From contig NC_087251.1 of assembly GCF_037042905.1 (NCBI RefSeq), positions 21,702,001 to 21,766,000 of the forward strand: a stretch of DNA of 64,000 nt. Reading direction: 5' to 3'. Origin of the DNA: Lytechinus pictus. Taxonomy: Eukaryota. Below are positions 1-12,100 of this stretch, piece after piece (positions within the stretch are counted from its first letter, which is position 1; each line of letters begins with the position of its first letter). The notes under the pieces were generated by a model that saw only the letters and a program-made list of their open reading frames with translations, was not told the DNA's origin and searched no databases. The position numbers were made by a program, and so were the translations under genes.

Positions 1-127
1 GTTTGATATCCTTACACACCATGGTGCTGATATCCTTAGGAGCTGGTTGAAACACGGTCAGGTTACAGAACATGTTGGGAAAACACACCAGAGAACCCAG
101 GAGAGACAGAGCTTCTATCCTTGGCGC
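1..127 (-). CDS. RALGAPA1: RalGAPalpha exon 24 (runs off window edge)
   Basis: ctgtgcag|; [23 protein letters not shown]...CKDIK. Confidence 0.93.
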
Positions 128-3100
128 CTGCACAGCATATAGCAAGTACAACAACAAAACATGATTATAAAATCATCTCCACAAGAGATTAAATATAATA
201 GAAGAATTAGGATGTACACTGCATGCTCTTGACTTGAGAGGAAGTCCATCTATGAAATATTCCCTCTCAGTTTCTAATCTAGGGTCGGGAATATAGCTGA
301 CAAAAAAGACATATCAACCTTTAGTAAACAATCACAAAGTGATAACACCCATGTTAATGATAAGCAATAAAGGTAAATAAAGAACAAAGTGCACACAACT
401 AAAGTAGTAAAAGAAATGTATTGATGAAAAGTGTTCAAAGAATTGGATCAAATTAATTTTCTAAGTAATACATAAAGTAATAGTTGTTTAAACATACAAA
501 GAAAATATACCAAACTATAGATTTACCCAAGTTATATTGAAAGCAAAATTTATACAAGAAAGATATTAAGCTTATAGAAAGATCATTACAAGAAAAAAAA
601 AGGCAAGTGCACAACTGAACAGCTATAAACAGGAAGTATTAGATACAACATGGGATCACATATCCATGACTCTAAGTATAGATATTTCCTTTTTGTGATG
701 CATCAACAAAAATATTAAGAGGAAGTTTAAAAAAAATAACAATTTGAGACTAGACCATTAATAGCAGTTGCATTTCAAGAAGCACTTCCTATTCAGATCA
801 AATCAATTAAAAAAAATGTTCACACAATGATCAACTTGAAATCACTAGGACCCAGGCACAATAGCCCAAGTTATCCAATAAAGTTTTCTACGACTAGAAT
901 TACTTCTACTTCTAATACTACTAAAATAATATGATATAAGAAAAAAGTACATGTAAGCTAATCTGTGTTCAGAAACACACCTCTATCACTCACTCCCTTG
1001 AATCCAGTCCAAAATGTATTCCTTCTGTCTATGATTTAAAATTCCATATAAAGACAGATCTCCATGTATATTCCAAAAATAACGAGGCACCTTCATACCA
1101 TAACAATGGGAAATCCACGTATGAAACAATGACTAATAGCTACAGTAGACAATAGTGAATAGAACAATACATAGTGTGGAATACACCAAGAAAAGAATCA
1201 GTTAATAAAATAAAACAGTAAATGTGCAAAATATGCCTGCCACCAAATGGTGCGACGGGCAGCATTTTGAAGTGAGAAACAAAGGATGAGTCTCTCACAC
1301 TAACAGACATAAAGGCACTTCAGCTAAACAGATGGTACTGCTACTAACAATTCTCCAGTATACAATTTATCAAGTCCTAAGTGCTAATCATAGAAGTTTT
1401 ACATTTACATACACAATTCCGATGCAGCTATGGGGGCACTTATGATTACAAATTCAATGCTGTTTTTGCAAGATCAAGTTGGGCTGACAGGCAAGGCCCT
1501 ATTAAACCAGCTTGCACTTTAATCTAATGGATAACTGTAGCTTACACACAACTGTCATCAATGCATTAAATAGCCTTGCCCACATAAGCTTTTCACCAGA
1601 GACCAAGGATCAACTTGGATCCTTTAATTCCTCTGAAGCAGTTCAAAATCATCTCATAAACAAACTACATGGATTTCACATTCAATATTTGTGTTAACTT
1701 GTTGAAAAAGGCACCTGATACTGTACATATGTACACTTACTATATATCACACATCATGTAAGCTGCATAGTGGTAATTCCTAGCATTTGTATTGCGTGAC
1801 TCAAGATTGAATATATGTGCATGTACATGCTTCCAAAGAACATACTTTATACATAATTACTGTAATAATATTATCAATAAAAATGTAATAAAACTATTTT
1901 GTCTAAAAACAATGTCATAAAAGTGATTGATATGTTGAATCATGTCTCAAATTGAGCTGGCTTTAAATGAAACTAAAAAGATCACATTTCCTCTGCTAAA
2001 GGTACATAAAACATGCATAAAACACTGGCTATTAATTTTTTTTATGTCTGTTTCGTTTAGGTTTTTTTTTGTATGGTTTGCAATTTTTTTTTCAGCATCT
2101 TGATATCCAAAATATACAAACTACAAATCAAATTAAACTTCTTGATATTTTGAAAAATACACTTTGATTTGCAAAGTATCTCTGACCTCTTTCATGTACA
2201 TGAAAGTGAGAAACAAAATGACAAGGTAGAGCTGTGAATACCAAGCAGTGGATCTAATAATTTTGATAAACAATAACAAATTTACTGTATAATGATCACT
2301 GCCCTAAATTAAACAAAATGAAATTACCATTATTTGAACAAAAACAAATTGTTTTTGTCCCGCCTGCATAAAATTGTTTTTGTCCCGCCTGCATAGCAGA
2401 GCGATACTACAGTGCGTATCAAAAAAAAGTTTACACTTTGCAAAAGCCCTGGGAATTAAAAAATATACAAGATGTGGATAATTTTTTCACATATTATGTT
2501 GGGTTTGGGTCTCATCTATCCAATAAAAGTAAAAACATTTGACAGAATTTTACACTTGAGTGAGCACTGTCCATTTTTGTAACTCGCAGAAATCTGTTTG
2601 CACAGAAATGCTCGTTTTCACGCTGTGTCAAGGGGAAAGGGCGAAATCAAACTTACCCTGCGAAACATTTCTCATACATTTCCCTTGCACTTTTAGTCAA
2701 TAGAAATAAAATGGATACATTCAAGCATTTTGTAACAATTTTGCCACCCAAATTGAAATTTCAACACTTAGTAAGCACAACCTTTACCCTTTTGTGCCAG
2801 CTGGATCTGAGGATATAACTAAATCTGAATAAAAGTTTATATCAGACATCTCCAGCATTGTTTCACTAAGTTTTTATCATTTAAAGTGGGTTTACATTTA
2901 CACCTTTTCCAAGCTTGACAATGATTAACAAAATGAAAATCAAGCCTAAGCAATTTCATGTAAATGACAGCTCAGTCTAAAGCAAATATCGTTGAGATGG
3001 CCTCGGTGTGTGGGGGAGTGGGGTGGGGCGCAATGCACTCTTCGAAGTGTTTTGGGCAAGGAAACAAGTTAAAAAGAGTAAAAGATATCTTTAAATCAAT

Positions 3101-6100
3101 TTTATTAGCTAAATTCCACATGTTCTTCATGATTAAGGTCTACTTTTATTCGCATAACTATTTCAAAGTTCTGCGCAAATCATTTTTCATGAACTTTTCA
3201 AAAGTAAGTGGTGCTCACTCAAGTGGAAGTATTTTTTTAGAGTTATATCGTCATTTGCTTAATTGGATCTGTACCAATGTTAAAATGTGGAAAAATTCTT
3301 CAGGATATTTACAAATGTATAATTTTACAGGATTTTTTCTTGAAGTGTAAACTTTTTTTTGATACGCAAATGTATAGGCACCGCTTTATTGACGGCGACG
3401 GCGGCAATATTGAAATCTTAACCTAAGGTCAAGTTTTTGAAGAGTCATCACAACTTAAAAAGTATATGGACCTAGTTCATGAAACTAGGTCAGAAGTGTA
3501 ATCAAGTATGGTATATTTTCATTTGGTCCAATGCCATTTCGTCCAATTGCCACCTCACCTACTATCATTTGGTCTACCATCAGTTCGTCCAATATCCCCT
3601 TTTGCCATTTCATCCACTCACCAATTTGTCTAATAACCAGTTGGTCCAATAGCCATTTAGTCCATATATTACCATTTGGTCTAATTAGACAAAGTGTTAA
3701 TTGGGCAAAGTGAATGAAAATAAATTGGATATTAGACCAACTGGTTATGAGACAAAATGGTCATAGACGAACCGGTGATTAGACAAAGTGATGATTGGAC
3801 CAAATGGTTATTAGACGAAACGGAATGGCATTAGACTAAATTAAGTTAGACCATGTGGTGAGTGGACCAGTTGGCAGAAGACGAATTGGCAAACATCCTG
3901 CCCAAGTTTCAGGTCACATGACCATGGCCAAAGGTCATTTAGGATCAATGAACTTTGGCCATGTTGGGGGAATTTATTGAATAGCCATGATAACTTTGTA
4001 AGTTTATGGATCTAGTTTATGAAACTTGGACATAAGAGTAATCAAGTACCTCTGAACATCCTGTGGGAGTTTCAGGTCTAATGACTAATTATGGAAGGAT
4101 ACTCTCTCAAAGTAATTGAAAAGCGTTGATTATAAGACAATCAAAATATATTTAATGCCATGAAAAGTTGGGAATGAAGATATTTAACCTCTGCTGAAAA
4201 AAAATCATGCACAGCACACAGAAATGTATGAATGGGACAACACATAAATGTCAAGCCTAAACAGCTGGATTGGGTCATAGGTTAAAATGTAAAGGCATAT
4301 GGAAAAAAAATCATTTGCATTGAATCTATTACCTAATAATATTCGTCCTGATTAACACGAAGAGAAATTTAAATCTAACTGTTATTGTTTTCATCATAAG
4401 GAGAATGTAATTGTTTTATTACAGAGTCAAGAATGGGTAAATCTAAAATGCAACACATATCTGTCAAAATATCTTTGACATAATAACTGTATTTACAGAA
4501 CCACTGTATCCATGAATCTGAAAATTTATAATACAAGTACTGTACGTTTTAGACCAAGTGATTACCTTTCCAGATTCAATAGATTCTCTATTCGTGCATT
4601 AAGCTAGGCATGAAACATTTCTGGATTGCTTACATCATGGGCCTATGAAGAGATGGACATTCATCACTTAGATAATGAATTCACTAAGAGGTGACTGTTA
4701 TTATCTGAATAACATTCTCGTCATACTTGTCTACTTTGGTCCTATGATCGTTACCGTGAGAAGGGCCTGAAGCAGTTCGTAATTGAAACTTCATATTTCC
4801 CAGATTGTATGCGCAGTTGATAACAAATCACTTAAATCATGGAAAATCAATGTGCAGTTCTTGTTTACCTTTAGTAATCTTAGTTTGGGAAATGTCTGCA
4901 TATTTGTCAGATTGTTAACCATTTAAAATTCCATTTTCCCAAGTTTCTCCATTATATTCCAGATATATGTGGCACATAACGTGTATAGATTGTGTATCTC
5001 TCAATGTTATTGAGGTCCTTACATGTACGTGCGTTCGGAAGTGTCCGGATTGAATAATATATTTTATATCACAGAAATCGTCTGCTTCTCAAGTTTGCTG
5101 CTCAAAATATGAAGCATGTTGATTGATAGGCCCATGCTGAAACATGGTACCAGCCAACAAAACTAAGACCAGGGAGAGTGATCCGTCTTTAAGTGATCAG
5201 ATACGTCTTGGTAGTCATGGTAATTGCTATTGTCACAACACCTGTATGTTCTTATTAAGATGCACAAAACCAGATGAAGGTGACTATCATTGGATCTAAT
5301 CGTCCATCTCTTCATAGGTCTATGCATACATTTAGTCACCAAAAAAGGAGAAAATGATGTGTGCATACTTTAGCGTGTAAAGGGGGTGATGTTCATTTTG
5401 TCTCTCTTCTGACTTGCAGTATGAGTCAATGCAAAATGGAGAAAACTTGTGTAATTTTGATCTTTTCATTTTATTAACATTTATTAACTGTGAAAATATT
5501 GGGATAATCCATCATGAGATCGACTAGATTTGCATGAAAAGATTAAAACAAACAATCAAAAGTTTTCTGTCTATAATGAAACTGTGAAGCGAATAAGTGC
5601 TGATGTCATTAGCCAAAATTTCTTTCTGTATAAGTAATACATCTAAAATACACAATCTGAAATATTTTTATTATTCTAATACAAGTATAACAAAGGACAT
5701 CTTGTCTTTTATCAAAATGAGATATGGTACCCATAATTTCACACATTCCATGGGGATAAAACATCTAACATTTGTTAACAAGAAATTTATTTTACATATA
5801 TTTTGAAAAATCACACATAAAATGGGCTTATGGCATGCCAGCTCATTGGGAAGCCTTGTTTATGTACCAACACATGCGATCACTTTTTAGGAGTTTGGTA
5901 TTCATTATCCTTGTTATCAGTCTAATTATCTTTATCTTTATCAGTACAATCACTGTCATTATCATCTACTTGTCATTCTCATTCTGATTATCATCACAAT
6001 CATCATTAGTTTCATTATTATAACAATCAGTATTATTCTAGTTATTGTTATCATCATCGTCGTCACCATCAACATTAACATCATCATCATTATCATCATT

Positions 6101-9100
6101 TTCTTTAAATGATACTGCTGGTGACGATCAAACAATCTCCACTTCTAAATTGATTTTGATGCACATATAGCTATCTTTACCATTCAAAGCTGAAAAACAA
6201 CTATCTTTGAGGAAGTAACAGTTTAACTTATACAATTAGCCCTTTCTGCAGGAAAAAAAATCCCATTTTAATAAATAAACATTTGTAATTAAATTACATT
6301 TTTACAAGTTTCAATACCTTTTTTATTTCAACAGTTTTTTTTATAACATTTCTTGTGTCAAAATTACAAGATTTGTGAGACAAGATCATCAAGAGCAGCC
6401 ACTGAATATATGGTGCAACAGGAAGTTTTCAATTATCACATGACATCAAATCAAACAATAGTCAACATCAATCATCCTAATTGATCCACTGTAAGAATGT
6501 TCTTGATTTCCAGTTGATAGATAGTCACAATGTATCCAACCCAGCATGGTGAAATTCAATTGATCTTGAAATCCAGGTAAAACGAGGAGTAATCCAGTCA
6601 ACATCAATTTAAAGTTCAATAATACTCCATCACTTTCTCTCTCTTTCACTCTTTTGAATGAGAAATTGTTTAACTACTCTATTATTATATTTTATCTTCC
6701 ATGTTATTGTATATTGTAACCATTGCAATTCAGTATCTGAACAATGAGAATAGATATTTATCAATATCCTTCAAGCAATTGCTTTCACCCCCACCCCCTC
6801 TTCCCCTTCATCTCCCTTCTCCTTCACTATAAGGTTAAAGTACTCACATCTAGATCAATGTTGGCTGTTATCATGTTAGCTGCTTGGATGAAGTCCAGTA
6901 TAAGGAGAGTAGCTCCTGGCAAGTCACAGTGGAAGAAGTCAGGAGCACTGTATTGCACAATAGTATTGATCACATCCTGTGCAAAATATAGGAACAGAGA
7001 AATTTCTTTTTATACACCATACATCCTTCAAGGCAATTCTAAATACATTCAACCAAAATTAAAGTAGCACAGCGTTCATACTCTCATATACAAACAAAAT
7101 TCCCTAACTTTCTCAGATTTTCCAAGAAAAGTATTAATATCCATGAATCAATGAATATATCTATTATGCCATGCATAGTTGAAGAATCATTATCATTATT
7201 CAAATCCTTGACTATCTTTCCTGTTCTCACCTGATCAGTTCCAACAAGTCCAAAGTGAAGGACCCTGTAAAAGTGGACCAGATGTTCCCTGGGGAGCGGA
7301 TGGTCCTGTCGCCGTACCGTCATGGCACACAGCTGCTTGTACGCTGACAGCCTGCCATGCTGGTAGCCTACAGGTAGATAGGTTGCCCGGAAGAGCCATG
7401 GGGAGAAGAGGAGGAGGGGTGGAATGTTCTCAGGAGGAGGAGGTGTTGTCTGGTTGTCTGTACTGATACCTTGGTTGTCACGAATCTAAACAAACACAAG
7501 GGAGATTTCATCACACTTTTGAATATTTTCTTGGTCAAGCAAAACATTTGATAAATTAACATCCAGCCCATGCACGCACTAATATATATGATGGTTAACT
7601 CTAATACATGTAAATTTGATCAACCTTTGACACACAGCTCTGTGAATCATTGTTTTGCAAAAGTTCCCCTATATAACAAATCCAGGCACTGGTATCCAAA
7701 ACCAAACTGAAATAAATTTTGTCAGCAAACTCAGCTGTCTCATGAAATGTTTCTTCAGTTTAACCACATTTGAGGAGAGGTGAGAAATATTTGATACATA
7801 AAATTTCTTTGTCATAAATATCTGTCCACCCCAGAAGGATAAGCACGCAAATATTATGATATTTGCCATCAAAGTTATTTGATCATGAATATGTATGAGG
7901 TTTAAGAGAGTACATTGAACCAGTCATCTTACCTTAGCTAGCATCTGCCAGATTGCCCAGAGACACTCTAGAACTACCCAATGAAGTCTAGGATCGCTGA
8001 TCTGATTGATGTCACCAAGAATACATAGTAATCTCCTCCAAACTACCACCGCAACATCCGGATGCCATCCTATACGGGTACCACCAGACATCACACTGGC
8101 ATCAGGGCTTTGAACAGAGCCATTTTTCCCTGAATATCAGAGGATATTTAAGGTAGTGAGCCAAGAGAAATATTTATGAATTGTTCAGTACAAGAGATCA
8201 TGATCATTTTTGGTCTGGGAAAGTTTTTTTTGACACACACATACTACATGAGATGCCACAATCTTAAAATAAGGCCCTGTTTTATGAAGCATGTTATCAA
8301 TGTCAAGTCAAAAGCTACAGTAGTAAGAAATTGAAATCTTGCATTTTGATTGGCTAAGAGCCAATTTGTCATAAGTTTGTAGCATTTGTTATTGATCAAA
8401 TGCTTTTATGAAACAGGGCACTACATTTTTAAGGGCCCGCCTTTAACCACATAGATTACATGATATCTCTGTCAAATTAAATTGGAAAGTAATCTGTATG
8501 ATCTATTGATACAGGACACCTCTGTAATACCCTATCGCTTTCAAATTCAGCAAAGAATTCTTGCAGCATAAAAGAACTCCAATGTAAAAACCAGTAAAAC
8601 TTTTACCCTCAATTCATCTGTGGGGAAATCCTGGAGCCCCCAAGACTACCCAAGTAAAGCTGTAGAATAAAAGGCACCACAATTAAACTCCTGAGTGATG
8701 TCACAAAAGAATTTACAATACTTGTTCTGTTTCTTTTGCAACATGATACATCACAATGATGTTGCAACATTGTGAATTTTAACTATGACTGCAGAAGAGC
8801 ACCATCAATGGAATTCACATGGGAGCTCAACAGTGAGTATGACAGGAATTATTCTTGGATGCCCTCTCTTAGATTCCTACAGAGATCTCAAGGTTGGCCT
8901 ACTTGTAATGGGCTGTATGATCGGATGCAAACCATGAATAGCAAAATTAAACTACTTACCTATTAAATCTGCATCAACTCTCTCTGCTGCTAGATCCAAT
9001 CTATCCTCAATATTAATGTTCTGCTCCTCTTCCTCCATCAAAGGTGATTCTTTGGCAAGGTCTGTAATGTCACCATTTTCGTTCAACACTCCAATGAGTG

Positions 9101-12100
9101 GCGTGTCCCTAGAACTCCCATCAGAGTTATAATGATTGATACCTCCAGGCGACGTATCATCCGAGTTACAGAACCTGAGACCACCCGGTGACGTCCCTTC
9201 GTAGCCAAAATGAGGTGTGGTAGATACCGGCGTTACACTACCGCTCCCACCTGAGTGATACGAGTGTACTCCAATCAAGGGCGTCCCTGAGCCACTACCG
9301 TCCGATTGGTAGTGGATCCCGGGAGACAGGGCGATAACCTCTTGGTCTATCTCCTCGATGAGACTGCTAGTAGGTGTGACACGGTTGACGTCTGTAGGGG
9401 TGGTATGATCGGAGTCTGGTAGAGGCACATCTAGGGAGGCTTCATCAATGCTCAGGTTATCTGGGTGGTTGATGAGGGGTATGCTGCTTTGACTTAGGCT
9501 CAAGCCATCCAGCAAATTTTCATTCTCACCTATGAGGACCATATAACAGGAAAATATAAAGATTTCATATATGAGCTAAATGTCTTAGTGTAAGAAGGAG
9601 TTAAGCACTTCAAATATTCAAACAGCATATCTACGATTATTTTATCTGGCTCACATAAAGCACAATACCAATGACCTTCTCATCAAAAGGCAGGTAATTG
9701 AAATGTGTGTTTTGCCAATGGTTCATGAGATGAAATCCAATGGTGCACAAGGTTAAATAAGAAGCAATGACAACAACAAAAAAGGAGCAATGCACAAATC
9801 GTCGGCGGTCATCCGAACCGTCAAATGGGTGAAAACCCATTTCAGAGAAAATCGACTTCAAAGTTTACTATAATTTTCACACTTAGTTCTCCAGCCTTAC
9901 AACATATTCATTGCTAGAAAAATACATGGTTGGAAAGACCAAGACAATCGCTTGACAATGGTATCCTTATGTTTACACAAAACCAAGGATCATAGAAAAT
10001 GAGCTCCATGCTTGTAATTTCGGTTTGAGCTGTTTAGATTTCCCCTGTACAAAAATGCCATAGGGAATACAACAACCCTGACCGCGATTTCAATGCACGC
10101 GGTCAGTCAAAACGTTGTATTGCTTTTCACGTGCAAAGTCAATGCAGTGCAGATGGCCGATACGACAGTTTGGTTGACCACGCGCATTGAAATTGTGGTC
10201 AGTCAAAACATCATACTGTTCTGCTACAGTACACGTTTCCAATGGGATTTGCACATGTTATCAAAAATTTGTATTGCATCGCCGTGAAAATCCCCTCATA
10301 TCTCAGAAACTAAAATAAATTGCTGCCTAGAAATTCAGTTGTGAATAGGACTTGTACATTCATTTTCTGCAAAAATCTCAAAATCAATTTTTTTTTTGAC
10401 CAAAAATGACTGATACGACGGTTCAGATGAACCCTGACGAAATAAGTGTTTATAAAGTGTAATATATACCACTAAATTCCTTTATCTCCTTTGAATTAGA
10501 GAAGTGTACAGTAAATGATTAAAATGAAAATAAACAGGATAGAATTGAGGAGTTCATACATTAGATTAGTTGACCCTCATACATAAATGAATGCCAAATG
10601 ATTGCAATGTTAAAAGTTTAATGGAAATATTATGTGGCTTGTGTAAAGAAAAGAGAAAAAAAAGTGGTGCGTAGACAACAGAAATAAGCAAATTCAAAGG
10701 AGTAGATGACAGATGAAATTATAATGATTCCAAGACGAATATGTGAACCCAAAGAAACACAATGTAATGTGGGTAAAGATGATGCATACCATTTTCTGCT
10801 TGATATTGTTGTCTGTTTACCAGAGGAAACGTGGTTGATTTGACCATGCCTTCTCCCCTCTCGCCATCTTCTGTGCAGGATGATGTATGATGTGAATAAA
10901 CAGAATGAAATGGTACACGCATACCCATGATATGGCCCATGTAATGATTGTGTGAACATGACTATTCATCCATGGGTACAAATGAATGCTATGCAATGAC
11001 TATACACAGGACACTGTTTCATACGAGTTGTGATTATTCACCCTCTAGTCTTTTCCATTCAAACTCTCTCTATCTACAATATACCAGATAAAAACATAAC
11101 CAATAATAATTCCCTTCAATAAATTCATTTACACTGAAGGATTTCATCATTGACCTCATAGATCTCATGCATAATTTGTGTAAATCTATATCAACCTTTG
11201 GTGAACATACATACTGTGTATTGATTAAACACATAAAGGATTTGTGCATTTAGGTCTATGCTGCAAAAAAATATATCCTCATTGCTAACCCTGACGATTA
11301 CAGTGATATACTTTGTTTGTATTGGTTGTCAAGAACTGGCCTCTTATTACTATGGTAACTATCAGATATAACAACCCTTTTTGAAACCGTGCCCAAAACA
11401 TGAATATGATTGTGGTGGTTAGATAGGGGGGAATATTGTAAAGATCAAATGACAGTTTCCCTAAAGATACCAGCAGCTTGTGGGAAAAAGAAAGTATACG
11501 AGTTAAATATATCAAATAAAGTTAAAATGAAGCTTTAATCTAAATAAAACGGAAAATTTCCTTCAATTATTAATACATAATTTTTTTCAGAACAAAAAAT
11601 GCCACACAAGGCAGCACTATACCCTGTGGCTACTTTTCAAAAAGATGTTTGTTTTAAACCAATCTCACAAAGAGTATGATTTTTTTTTAAATACTGAAAC
11701 CATAACATATATTTTAGCATAATTTGTTGAATACCTTGATTAAAAGGAATACAAATGGCATACATGTATTACAATTTGTTAAGTGGTTGCTTATAACTTA
11801 TTACCATCTCTACATATTACAGGGGCCCTGTCTTTATGAATAATTCAATTCTTCATCTCTAACATTCCATTTGTAACTGATTTATTCTTCCACTAAACAA
11901 ACAATTTGAAGATTACAGAAAGATATCCAAACAATGTACACCAACATGTGACCTTCAAATGACATGAACACCAAATTGAATCGCACCACTAGTCCAATAC
12001 CAAGAAAAGCCATGCTTCACTTCTTTCGAAGTATTCAAAACTCATAAAGATGGACAGACTGTCGGATGGACAAACAATGTGAATGTTTCCAGGTATTGCT

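Larger units (their letters stand above)
2346..4085 (+). mobile_element. HINE/DINE-1-like non-autonomous element interrupted by two nested insertions
   Basis: TTTTTGTCCCGCCTGCATAGCAGAG end (first 25 bp tandemly duplicated), CGG-rich stretch and core repeats that are the reverse complement of the element at 15308-16608. Confidence 0.75.

Noticed and set aside
2964..3350. 128-aa ORF inside the Tc1-like element as a transposase
   Set aside because: No HTH or DDE/D motifs recognisable; the element is too short to be autonomous.
11290..11358. possible extra 69-nt phase 1-1 exon (VTIVIRGQ...NRQ)
   Set aside because: Frame is open but the polypyrimidine tract and donor (G|gttagc) are weak and there is no homology; not called without RNA evidence.
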